From Tubulanus polymorphus (Eukaryota; Animalia; Nemertea), in the NCBI RefSeq assembly GCF_964204645.1, contig NC_134031.1, positions 20,901,910 through 20,965,909 of the forward strand: DNA of 64,000 nucleotides, in the 5' to 3' direction. A program made the translations under genes and the position numbers. Shown in pieces: positions 11,901 through 43,959 of this stretch. The stretch's first letter is position 1. Each line of letters starts with the position of its first letter. The notes below the pieces were generated by a model, which saw only the letters and a program-made list of their open reading frames with translations, had not been told where the DNA came from and did no database searches.

Positions 11901-14900
11901 AATGCGATTTCATTCCCGACTTCCTCCGCACTCTTTTGCACCTCCTTAGCGACACAACCATCTTCAACAGATTTCCCATTTTCAGTTCCGAGATCACTAG
12001 ATGAATGCGCGACTGTCTCAATCGCTCGATTAGTTTGATCATTTTCTAGCAAACAGGATTTTGATTCTAACGTTTTATCACAGGTACTGCTCGGTTGAGT
12101 CGTAGTAAGCTCTTGATGCACATCAGGACCATCATCTGAAATATCTATCATATCGAATTATAACTTTTCTGAGCCTCACAGGTCTTTTTCTCGAGTATTT
12201 TCAAGAGCTATCGCCAGCAATATAAGTGTGCTAGTACATAGGCGTTTATTGATTAGTAGAAGACTGTCTGCTTTCATTATAGTTCATATCCAGTTGTATA
12301 GGCATCACCACAAACACGCATCATCAAAAATAAGTAAACACCATCAGGTATAGGGCGTGTGCACCTAGGAGTGAAAGGGTTAAACAGGTACAGGGCGTGT
12401 GCACCTAGGAGTGAAAGGGTTAAACAGGTACAGGACGTGTGCACCTAGGAGTGAAAGGGTTAAACAGTATACAATCAGGGATGTTGATGAATCATTTTAC
12501 TAACCTTTTTTACCATTAACTTCAAATTCAGAAGATACATTCTCCGATGCCAATTTCTTCCACTGTCGCAGGGACATCTTACCAACCCAATATTGTGCCT
12601 CACTATAAAATATATATATTTGTGTTTTCACTTACTGTTTTCTTTGAGTGAAGAAATCCAAGAAATTAGTCACATGTATCAGGCCAATATTTAGTGCTTA
12701 TATACAGTGTTATATACAACTTGTAAAATTGGCCAAAAATGCCACTAGAAAGCCATCTTGAATTTGATATCTTCAAGAATAGGCAATAACTGAAATGCCA
12801 TTAACTATTTGCTCATCTGGTTGAGGATTAAAAAGAAATTCTGAACGTGTGGCATGAAGTAAATCATTACTGTACGACAGTCGTGTGTACCTTGGATCAA
12901 CATCAGCTTTTAATGCTCCGTTGAAGAAAAGTTGATCTTCAGCAATGCGCACTTTGAGGCGAATTGAATGACATCTCTGACGTACACAATCCCAACACAA
13001 CGATTCACTGTTTAATATAAAATAGGTCGTTTAATTCTTTAATTCGATGCTAAGGTCTGCCTTCTATCTATGATAAAATAACGGTTAAATCATTTTTATT
13101 TTAAATAATAGATCAACGTTATTCATTTCAAGTTATCGTGACATTGATTACTGAAATCAAAGAGGGAACAAAAGCTCTACTTGATCTTTTTGAATTAAGT
13201 TCAGTAGAAAGGTTTGCAAAAAGCAAATATGGAAAGATTGGTATTCGCACTGACCTGTCTAACCGTGGACCGATGCTTTTATGCTTGGCATATATGAGAT
13301 CTGCCTGAAAAAATGACAAATTATAGCGTAAGTTTTGCATCAAGCGTCAGGAGTGAATAATAACCATTAACAATTCATATAACATACAGCTTGTTTATTG
13401 ATCCACTTCAGTTTTCCCACCTTATCCGGATCCAATCTGATTAAAAACAGTTTAAATTCTTAAATTCTCCTATATTTTTCATATCGACTCATCATGAGAA
13501 TATACATTTCCGCCGACAACATACATACTTGTTGTGGATGCAAAGGAATTCTATATTTTGAATAGTTTTAAGCGTGATGGTGTCCGCTAAAAATTTACTC
13601 AGCCAGTCCTGACTTATCCATTCACCACTAGCATCTATAAATATCGAAATAATTGATCTGTAACATGATTCATCACTACTTTGCGCTGGTAGACATCTTA
13701 CCACACAGCCCCATCAAATTTATAATCAGCACATAAGAACTTAGGTAAGAATGTCATAGATAACTTATGCAAGTTATGAGAAATCTATCCATGTCTCCTT
13801 AAAATCCCCCAAACACACGGGGTAAGATCGGAAGTTGATATAACGCAAACTTACCATCTTGAGGCTGCATCAAATCAAACAATTTCCTCATTTCTTCCTG
13901 TTTTATTTTACCACAGGAAATATTTTCATCCTAAAATGAAAACGAATTCATTCGAATGTGTGAAATGTTATGAATAAAACTGCAAAACTTACAAAGGGCG
14001 TTGTGTCATCTTAATTTGACGTTGAGAGTTGATGTTTAAATTGCCGGAAGGAAATGTACATAGAGGGAATCGTCCCTACACCAAAAGGAATATTCTTACC
14101 CTCATCTTAACCATTTCTTTGATCCATTCTTCAAATTTAACATTATCACGTGCCACAAGCTCTTGCAGTCGTTGTGGTAAAATTGGCTCAATTGCCTCTT
14201 CATATCTTGCACTATTATCTGATAGAAACACAACAGTTTCAGTCGATCTAACTCACAATATTCCAGTTGAGACACAAATGAAAAAAACAAACAAATATTC
14301 AAATTACCTGAATTTCTCAGCTTGTAAACCAACATGTACGCGTTTTTAGATGTATGGCAACCTTTTGGCACTTTCTGCTTTTTACCTTTTGTTGATGTTG
14401 ACTCAGCAGATGCTGTCATTGATACCGCACTATCATCATCTAATGTTTAAAAGTTACATTTCCGCTCAATTATTTATCCTAATGCGGTCTTTATCATTTT
14501 AGATTTGAAAAGATCGCAACTGAAGAATATCCATTGACTTCTTAAATTACGACGGGTATTTTTACGATATTGCCAGGTTATAGGAGCCTGAAAAAGGAGA
14601 CTGAACCAGGTGTGGATCTAAGTGTTGTATTGGGAGTCTGCACCCCTGCTGTCCTTTTGTGTAAAGATATTTTCCTAGATCTGCCCCTGTTGAGCCCCGT
14701 AATTCAAACATTAACTACAGTAACAGTTATTACCTATGATCTGTATTTCATCTTCGCATCCGAGATGTAAATCTTTGCCTTTCATTTTCTCGATGTCTTC
14801 GTCGTTGAATTTATACCAGGATTTCAGTTTGTCGGCAGCGCGAATATGAGCGATGTAATGTCCGCTATAAGCAGTCGGGCCACGATGTATTAGAACGGCC

Positions 14901-17900
14901 TGTAGTTCATACACATACTGTCCAGCTTTATCTAATCAATACAATTCAATATAAAATAAAACTATCTTCATCATGAATATAGAGTGACCAGTTTCCATCA
15001 GTTTTACAAATACTCTGATTTTTCTATATCACGACATAAAATCCCCTGAATGAATCTGTGGCAGGTGAAGCTGAGAAATTTCTTGGTTTAAGATGTTACA
15101 ATTATAACAACGTATCCAAAATCCTGAAGTTTTTCAAGGTTTTTTTTGCAAAAGTTGTCATATTCTCAGAGTTTTCCCTTTTTTTCTGATTCCCTGAGTT
15201 TTTGAGGTCAGTGGCCACCCTGAAGCCGTAACGAGAAAACATGTATCAGACGTCTGTGGCAGTAGTGATTTATAACAGCAAAAGATCAATTTCGTCCATA
15301 TTTATGCTTACCTGAATCAGTTATATATATTCCCATATCGAGTTCTTCCGGAAACTGAATGAAATTGCTTAATTTTTTTTTCTGTCCAGTGTTCCTGCAA
15401 AATACGATCTAATCCCTGTAACACAGACACAACATCAACAAGCGACTAACGCGATATTTCCTGTTTAAAGTCCAACAGTACAACAACGCAGATGCTTACA
15501 TTTTATTTATCCTTAATATCTATTGAAACATGGCGCTCAGGGATACCATGCTCATTTGGAAAAAGATCTCAAATGCTCAACCATTTGAGAATTTCAATAT
15601 TCAATGCCCTGTGTCCCCATTGAGGCCTTATTGGCGAATTCTACTTTACCATCTATGAAGGCAGTAAGATATTTCACCTGTCAAATACGAATCTTAGCAA
15701 CTGTAGATTAAGTATCTTTGGTAATTGTTTCAATACAATCTTTCTGACGGCATTCTGTTTCTTACAGCATGTTTCACACATGTATCGGTTGTCATCTAAA
15801 ATGTAATGAGAAATTATACTTTCTATGAATCTAGAAATATAACAACCTTACGAATGCGTAGGCCCTATATATCTTACATATACAGACTCAAAACTAAAAT
15901 TCATTCAGTCACAATTTTCAATTCAAAGAATCATAGTTGTAACTGAAAAAAATATGATTGTGTTCAATGAATGCCGCCAAAAATGAAATCGAACGCATAC
16001 CTTCCAGTTTCTCTTCTCTCAGAAATTCTCCCAAACACTGATTGATATCTTTGTGTCCTTTTATATTCAAATCCAGTTCATAGAAGTTTGAAGGCCGCAG
16101 TTTAACGGACTTACAAGTCTGACATCTAATTCGGAAAGTAAAATAATCATACTACGTTTAAGAATTGATGAAGCTTTTCAGTAGATGTAAAGATTGCATG
16201 CATTGGCATCATTGAATAAAACAAACTGATTTTTGAAATTCGACTAGGACCAGGGGTGGATCCAGGGAGGTGTGTTGGGGGACTAGATCAACCCCCTTTG
16301 GAAAATGTCTTTTGTATTAAGCATACTAAGTTTCTTTTGCAACGTTACATTTCCAAGTACAAGGCACATATACGTGATTAAACTGTGCTTAAAAATACTC
16401 AGAATGCATGAAAATGAGATTAATTCTTAAGAATTTTCTCGGGGAAAAATAGCAAAGAGCACCCCCTCTTGGATCCGACCCTGTGGATTTAGACTTATCT
16501 GTTAGAAACTTACTGCGTAAAATACGCATATTCTCCGCAAAACTGTGATTGAACGAAATTCTGCAGTTCGGGATCTGCTTGACACTGTAGGGTCTCCTGC
16601 AGAAGTGACATGAACAACTTCGAAAATTCTTGCGCATCCTGTTAGTTTAGAAATGCAAAGAAGTCATCACAATTATCGACAAACAAAGCAGTGAGCAGAA
16701 AATGTAACCATTCCTAAGGAAAATCAGCGCTCATATTTAGGCTCTAGAAATGCGCATTTCGCTCATATGGCTTTGACAATAATAAATGGTTTCCCGAATG
16801 AATTTTAATCACAATCTTATAATGTAAGAGAGTTTCAGAGATCTAACATCCATAGTAAAACACTACTATGACAGATTTCATCAGATCAAACTTTTGAAAT
16901 GATGAAATCAGCTTGTGTTTTACTTAGGAAGTTTAACGAGCTTATAGAGCCTGCAAATTCAGAAAAAAATATTTCTAAATTCATCAAAGTCATGCATTGG
17001 TTCCCCCAACTCGATGATTGTACTCAGTAGATGTGAACAGTGACCATGATGTACATACATACCTGCTGTTGAGTTGTATTCAAACCCATTGACTGAATGA
17101 ATGGAGTTGGATCAATGAATCTGTAACAAATTTGAAAACATAAAATCTAAGTAAGTTTTATCAAATATAACACAAAATTAAACTAAGACTAAATAGAAAG
17201 CCTGGTGGAAGTTGAGCTTACCGGCGTTTACTGTCCTGCAGTAAAGCAAACACATACTGCAAATTTCCCAAAATAGACGTCGGTAAGTTCAATTCAGATG
17301 TCGACCCTGGGTAGACAGACGCCGCTGGGCAGACAGTTGCAGCTGGGCAGAGAGTTGCAGCTGGGTAGAGAGTTGCAGCTGGGCAGAGAGATGCAGTTGG
17401 TTTATCGTAGTACTTGTATATGACAGCTCGAAATTCAATGTTGTGAAACCAGACCTGAAGCAGCGTATTCACATAACACGTCGCTCCTAAATTCTTCAAT
17501 CCAACAAATGACCCCTGAATAGAATAACAATGAATCTTTTAAAATTGCTTTAACAAATTATCATCTCATTTGTCAATATGATTAAATTAAAGTATATGTA
17601 TTTATGATGAATTCAATTTGATGCAGGATCGTTGGAATGTTTTCAATGTTTATATGCTGTAACTTGTGAGTGTATTATGGGCTTCTGGCCATTAAGGACA
17701 GTTATCTTTTACATTCACCAGCATCTAATTTTACAGTCTTATCTTCCTATACTACTTCTTATTATACCCTAGGTCAGCTGACCAGTGACATCACAGGAAC
17801 TCATGACTGCCGGCTAACCCTAACCCTAGGTCAGGTGACCAGTGACATCACAGCCACTCAGGACTGCCAGCTAACCCTAACCCTAGGTCAGGTGACCAGT

Positions 17901-19059
17901 GACATCACAGCCACTCATGACTGCCGGCTAACCCTAACCCTAGGTCAGGTGACCGGTGACATCACAGCCACTCAGGACTGCCAGCTAACCCTAACCCTAG
18001 GTCAGCTGACCAGTGACATCACAGCCACTCAGGACTGCCAGCTAACCCTAACCCTAGGTCAGGTGACCAGTGACATCACAGCCACTCAGGACTGCCAGCT
18101 AACCCTTACCCTAGGTCAGGTGACTGTGAATGGCTTGGATAGTAACAAGCCAGCCAATCAGAACTAAGCTTATATAGGCTGCAGCTTGTGAAGTGACCTT
18201 GACACTAATTCATAAACAGACTTGAGAGGCTGGTATTTACTGAGGCATTGCATGGAGGCAGAATTCAATCTGCATAGGCCCCTATAATCTAAAGGGATAG
18301 AGATTAAATATCCTTTCATTGTGGGCACTGTGAGCATTACCCTTAGATTTAAATATTGTGAACGATTGCTGAGAAAGGAAGGGAATGTTACTATTCAAAG
18401 ACTACATCAATTTGATGTATTAACCAGGTTTGTCAGTGGTACATCGTTAGTACAGTAGACTATGGTTGGATGTTTTTGATGGTTTTCTCTTATAAACAAT
18501 GATTGTTCACACGACACAGACCTGCGAACGTCGTTCTAGTTCCGGATCTTCGATATCGTGCCACGATGAATCAGGTCGATCTTGTAACCAATCACGTTCT
18601 CCGATACCGAGCAAACATTTAGGATTTCCACGACAATTACGACTTAAATAATGAAATAATAAAAACATTTCTATATACTAATGAGCCTGGAACTCACCTT
18701 TCATGTTTTCCAATTTTAAAACTCTTATAAAATACTTTTTCTAAATCTCACTTGAAAATATAAACATCGATTGACAGAGGATAAAACAGCTTTGTATTTG
18801 ACTGCACTGGTATTGTGATGATGATTGATGCAGTGTATTGACCGCCTGGATACTGATACAACAGCCAATTGTCTATCAGAACCTTATAACGGATAAATAA
18901 ACAATATAATTACCGATTAGTAACGTGAGTACAGGATGATACAGTCAATCGGTACGCTGTTAATACGTGTTGTTCTGAAATGTTTTCGGGTTCGGTCGAT
19001 TTCGCCCATTCCCAAGCTTGTTTCTCCCGTTGTATCGGTTTGTCCTTCGAAGGCGCCAT
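8925..19059 (-). CDS. USP48: Ubiquitin carboxyl-terminal hydrolase 48 (USP catalytic domain, DUSP region, C-terminal UBL), >20 exons
   Basis: ATG at 19059 ([18 protein letters not shown]). Exons: 18522-18642 ([16 protein letters not shown]), 17222-17514 Cys box ([13 protein letters not shown]), 17063-17120 and 16514-16638 ([11 protein letters not shown]), 16001-16125, 15678-15795 ([12 protein letters not shown]), 15312-15394, 14734-14931 His box ([17 protein letters not shown]...WYKFNDE), SKNAYMLVY near 14330, UBL exon ~9522-9981 (RHRKVRGEK...FSVAPFDQ), 9121-9169, and last exon 8925-8983 ending [16 protein letters not shown], which matches the USP48 C-terminus. The middle exon boundaries were not all resolved. 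Confidence 0.95.
12345..12467. repeat. 40-bp tandem repeat x3 ending in a piggyBac-like terminus (...gtgaaagggTTAA)
   Basis: caggtacagggcgtgtgcacctaggagtgaaagggttaaa x3, within a USP48 intron. Confidence 0.85.
14607..14689. mobile_element. Short MITE-like element (CAGG.GTGGATCTA...TAGATCTGCCCCTG termini)
   Basis: Imperfect 14-bp terminal inverted repeats; no target-site duplication recognised. Same end type as 16251-16483. Confidence 0.5.
16251..16483. mobile_element. MITE-like element (hAT-type CAGGGGTGGATCCA...TGGATCCGACCCTG termini)
   Basis: Imperfect terminal inverted repeats in a USP48 intron; no TSD recognised. Confidence 0.55.
17307..17396. repeat. Coding 18-bp repeat x5 (A[T/S][L/V][C/Y]PA) inside the USP48 catalytic domain
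   Basis: ctgggcagagagttgcag-like unit x5 within exon 17222-17514. Confidence 0.9.
17766..18124. repeat. Second array (~6 copies) of the 57-bp telomere-motif minisatellite, in USP48 intron 2
   Basis: Same unit and orientation as 7040-7743, with array-specific variants (gccactcagg). Confidence 0.95.
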
Positions 19060-20655
19060 CCCCGAACAGATACACCGAACACCAGTGAATATATCATTCA
19101 AATACCTTCACACTTCACTAATTAACGGCACCGCGAATTATCAGATTATTATTAATTCAATAATCCCAATTATCTCAATTTCAAAAAACTTTCATCCTTT
19201 CCAAAGTGAAGCATGTCGCCTGGATCTTTCTCTAAACATGGTACCAATTCAATTTTATATATTGACTAATGGACGAATTCAATTCAATATTGTATTGAGC
19301 CTTAATGCCTATATACACTCTGTATAAATCACGGAGAAAATCATTTTATAAAAAGTGGTTGTTTGGGGCCCGGTTTGGGGATGTTTAAAGATAGCGAAAC
19401 CATCGAACTCCGTGCAGTTATAGAAATGATTATCTATATTTAACAACGAATTGTTTCGGTATTTTTACGATCGATGATTGAATGTATAGTTTAAACGAAA
19501 ATGATCAACGGAATAATGCCGGATGATCTTGTCGAACGGCCACAGAACGCGGCCGGCACAAATATGTCTTTCGGAATAAGCGATCATTGGATGTTGTAGA
19601 TTTCACTATAATTTCAAGCAGTATATAATTGGATGAAGTGCTTCGGTTGATATCCCCGAAAATCGATCATTTATCTCCATTGCATCCTTAATAATCTTGG
19701 TCCAGGACTGAAACCATTGGTCGTCGTGTCCTTATGTTGACCATGCTCTATTGAACGAATGGTGGACGAGTCATGAGTGTCTCTGCACGAATGGTGGGAC
19801 CTTCTCGAGCACGTTGTCAAACATTCGTCATTCCTGTAGCCTCGAAGAGGGATTTGCAAAATCCACAAAAAAAACACTCACTACACGGATTGTGTTGAAG
19901 ATTTTTTATTTTTATTTTTGACAAAATTAGAATGAAATAAACAAATGGTCAGGGTTTTTTAGAATAAATACTGAGACTGGAAAAATATCATCAGAGTTTT
20001 TTATGGATATAACATGAATATTATGAGATCAGATCAGATGAAAACCGAGACTTTCCGGTCACATTTTCTACTACGGCCATACATATTTTTCATGTGTAGT
20101 TGTTCAATAACCGAATTGGTTTTTCTCAGTGTTAACGGTTTGCAACATCAACGCCTTATTTAAGGGTAACTTATTTGTCATCTTATCGCAAATATTCGAT
20201 GATACATTGTTTATACACAACAAATCCATGACCAATAATCGAAATTAGAGAATCCCACTAATAGAATTTGGAAATTTTCAATATATTTTGTTTCATGTTG
20301 CCTTTTAATCTCTGACAAAAAATTCTTCTGGATTTTAGTTGGGGAGACTTAATTCAAGTAATACAATATCGTTTAATCAAGATATGTTTTTCACTTTAAA
20401 CCTTTCAGGGTTTTTGAGATCGTCGTATTACCATTCAAACTTGTTGTTTTGTTTCAGTTTTTTTTTGTAATATTCATGATTCAATAATTGTACGGTACGT
20501 CGTTTTACATCTCGATGAAAGTATTTCAGATATATTTATTTCGGTGTTTGTTCCTCTCGGGAATCAGTCATCTGAACAAAAAATTTCCTTTAAACAAAAG
20601 TTATTTCAGACACCAAAGTGACAACGAGAGATGATCTGGGACGTGTTGTCACAGT

Positions 20656-39789
<19,134 letters not shown>

Positions 39790-40389
39790 GATGTGTTTGA
39801 TTGTTTGTGAGTTCCTTCTTCTATCTATCTCTCTCTCTCCCGACTCCGGTGCCGGTTTCTCGCCAGTGTTGTCGCGTCAAACTGGTGTAAACCGCACCAT
39901 TGTAGCACGCTGTGGATGCACGACCACGCCGCCGTGCTGATTCATCCGTTGCCACGTGACGAGGTAAATGATCCAAACACCCCCGTGAAAACTTCATACA
40001 TATTCTCACACCGGCTCATTTGGATATAACGTGCGAATTAAAATCTAAATCTGATCAAAAGCAGCTCATCCCTAACAGCATCGACTAGCGCTACTTTTCT
40101 AAGAACATATTCAAATTTCTAAGAAAAAATTCAAATTATCACTAATATATATATAGACTGCAGGATATGTTTGCCCGGTCAAATAACAGTCAGTCTTAAT
40201 ATATGTATTCAAACAAATCATGTATACATTTGAAATCTATTTATATTTAAGTGAAGCATCATCGTCGATCCACTCTGGGTTATAAGAGGACGATTTCATG
40301 TTTAATGACATTTTGGTGAGAAACTACTTTCAGCTCGGATTTGTATACGTACGATACATGATTTACAATACCATTTTCGAAGTATATAC

Positions 40390-40458
40390 GGGGTGGATTT
40401 AGGGGGTGGTCTGGGGTCCGGACCCCTGCCTTCCCATTGAGGTGTTGCCCTTTTCGTC
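40390..40458. mobile_element. Dispersed MITE end (ggggtggatttagggg...)
   Basis: Reverse-complement match to 35398-35469. Confidence 0.7.
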
Positions 40459-43400
40459 AAGACCGAGGTCGTTTAAAATTGAAAATCTGACTGCATATAA
40501 TTCGGGCGTATTCGAGTTTGAAATTTGGGCTCGCACCCTTGCTCTAAAATTCATAGGTGTGTCACTTGTCGCGCGCCCACGTTTTTGTATTATGTCAGAT
40601 GCAGCCTTCGGTAAGTTCGTGATGTAACGATTTCAATGAAATAAAGTAATCACTTTTGTTTCATGTTGTCTCTATTTTAAATCCTTGTGATGTAAAGATT
40701 ATATTTGATCTGTTTTGATTTCGTGTCCCCACACCTACCGGGAGCAAAACAGCGGGTTTGATTTTATAACCAAGACCTTCATGCTTAGCACCAGCGGAAA
40801 TACTTTATTTGTGAAAACTTTTTCATGATATAACATACCTCAAATTAGTTGAATTTATCAGGAAATTGTGCAATCTGAATGAAGCATTGATTTCATATCC
40901 TTTTTTTGCTGATTTATAAGATTGTTTAGATTTTCCTTTTTACTGTCGTTGAGTCACGGAAAATAATCTCCATATTTCTTGAGCTTGAATACAGACGATC
41001 TAGGGTCGTCTACGATTTGAAAACCCTGCAAACAAAACCAACTCGGCGATCCTTCGAGATTGAACGAGATTTAAAGAGAAATTTCAAGAATAAGAAAAAA
41101 ATAGATACACATCCGTATTAGTTTTACGATTTAAAGACTAAAACTGGATTCGAGTACTGTGCCTGAAACAATAAGGACGGAAACAAGGATTACATTTCTA
41201 ATGCAGTATCGATAGACGACGGATATGAGGAATTAATTTCGCCTTAAAATATCAAACACGGCGAAATATTCTAACAACAACAACTTAACGAATATTGTTA
41301 ATAAATTGAAACTGTAAAGCCGCGGACACACTGGGCGATTTTACCGGTCTAGTATCTTTCCTACATATAACACAAAGACAGCGTATCACGTTATAGCAAC
41401 ATTAACATACAGATTCATCAATATATGATAATATGAGAACGCCCGATGTATGTATCTGTAGTTCTAATTGAAATTTAATACGGAAAAGTCATTTATTATT
41501 TCAACATATATAATTCTACACTGCTGCTGAGCAAGAGAAAACATCGCTTGGTGATGCAGTAATTCAGTTGGTCGGTCACGAGCGTATACATCTGATTGTA
41601 AAGTTCATTACGTATATTTCCGTCTGACCTGATATTTACTCACCAGCAATCCCTCAGCAACAATGGCGTTTACAGGCTATTGGGTACATAAACTAGACTT
41701 AGTTGAAAGTTGTGGCCTTTCATAGAAGTTAACTTAAAGGTTAAATCCGTACTACATGTTACAACTACTATTATCAGAAATACTTGGAAATGGTTCTCGA
41801 CAAGACCGAACCCATTGCTATTTGCAGTGAAGGCATACATTTTTAGAAACACATTTTATGGAAACTTAGAATTGAAGACTCTGTAACTAATGTCTCTGTG
41901 TACAGTTGGCCCATCCCAAAAGTAATTATATACATCGCCCTGCGATCTATGCAGATAGATGATACTTGCAAATGTTCATCGGTCAATTAAGTTTACAGTT
42001 TACAATTTGATCAACAGGCCACCCCAGAGCCCTCGAGCCTAGATCAACTTCAGGTTTATGAATATTTCAGTTAGGAAATGCTGAAATTTAGATATGGCAC
42101 ACAAACTTCATCATTTGTCCCCGGGACGCGTTCGTGTAAAATGCATATGTGCATGAAGAAATTCATATTCGTACTCTATATCCCCCAAAAATAAGAAAAC
42201 AGCAAAACAAACGACCAAACCTCATCACGATCAGCGCCTATTGAGGAAAGAACATTTCCTGTATTGAAGGAAAAGTGAAGATTTAAAAGAATTATAATTA
42301 AAGTTCATCGCTCCGTACAAATAAGCGCCAAGGCATGAAAACAAAGGTGGATTTGTTTAGAGCTAACTGATTAGGTTTACTCGGTTTATAGGCCTATATC
42401 GAAACAGGACTATATGACATGAAAAGTGAGACGATTGTTGGTGGTGACTTCTTTGTGTTTGAATACGCCGCCATTTTGTTCGAGTCGGTTTACTCATGGA
42501 CGGGTAAGAGTTTATACGTAAGTACGTGGTTTACTCAAATCGTTTAGGTTTTCAGAAATATAGTCGTTTTAACGCACGAATTGAACGAATATTTTTCGTT
42601 TTAAACGCATTCAAACGAATGTTGAAAATTTCGCTGAAAACAGTCGCTTCGCTCATGATTTTTTTTTTATTGTCCGAATCAGCCACAATATACAACATAA
42701 CCGTTTACATAAATGGACGAAAAACATGTAATAGTTTATATAAACAAACGTCATAATACATGTATGTACATCAATCTTATTTAGGTTTGGATAATGGTGG
42801 CTATGTGAGGGCTGATTCGGGCTAAGTAAAAAAAGAAAAAATCCATTTTAGCCTTTCCAAATACAAATTATTAATGCAAACTAAAGATAGGGCCGAATTT
42901 CGTAAACTATGTATTTTTTTAAAATTTTTTCAGATTTGAGATTCCCTACAATAGCTTCACATGTAAATCAATATTTAACTATGTTTCTATATTAAGAATC
43001 GTATCATGTATCGTATATGATGTATCTATTTTTATAGATCACTCGAATTGTCTTTTGTATTAAGACCAAGAGTTTGTCGAATAAAGTATCATTTCGAATT
43101 GGCAACACAAACAGCAACACAGTTATTCTTATAGTGATAAGATAATTTTCGAATGTTTTAATACCTGTGACCAGGCACGAACACTATATGAGTCTGGTGT
43201 AGTCTGTGCCCAATCTATTAGTTTCAAATATAATACATCATTTTTCGAGTAGCAAATTACATAGGCCTACTGACGGGGTTTTAGTTAAATTATACGTTTT
43301 TAGTTAACATAAAGACGGACATTGCCATCTTACAGATTCACATTTAGATTCAAATTTATTGGACCAGAAATTATACAATCTATTCGAGCAGAACAGTTAA

Positions 43401-43917
43401 CAGTTTTACATCATCTTACCACGCCCGGGTGTACATCAGACCTGCATGGCGAAATAGATGTGAAATACGACGCAAGCTAGATGATGTGTTTCAAATAATT
43501 GTGGTCAATCACACCCTGAGTTGTACGGGATCAAAAGGTAGGATTCGACATTTCCACATCGTCACATCTGTGACCAGAGAAGGATTGATGACGATGCCTG
43601 CAGATATTGTATAGTGATACGGAAGATTAGTGCTCGGGTCACCCCGTTCGATTAGTGTCCATGATGAAGGGGCTCACAAGGGGCCCCTGAATCCGGACCC
43701 TGACACCATCAAATTCATACGATCTGATATACCAAATATGAATAGTTCTGTTCTTTCACAAGACGAAATACATTATTCGTGAAATTTTCTGCGAAGATAA
43801 ATCGTTTTGAAGCAATTTTATTATGTCGCTTCCTTATCTTTAAACCCGGTTAAATTATAGTTAGAACGCGGGCGATATCAAAACTACACAGCTTCTTCTT
43901 AACAGGAATTACATTCC

Positions 43918-43959
43918 AGCGGCGGCGGCGGCGGCGGCAGCGGCAGCAGCAGCAGCGGC
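43918..43959. repeat. Compound (GGC)n(AGC)n trinucleotide tract
   Basis: Directly visible; not inside a recognisable ORF. Confidence 0.85.

Noticed and set aside
19671-19877. Possible second Cys-rich peptide exon downstream of the knottin gene
   Set aside because: Only 3 Cys, no framework and no convincing splice sites; probably 3' UTR or intergenic.
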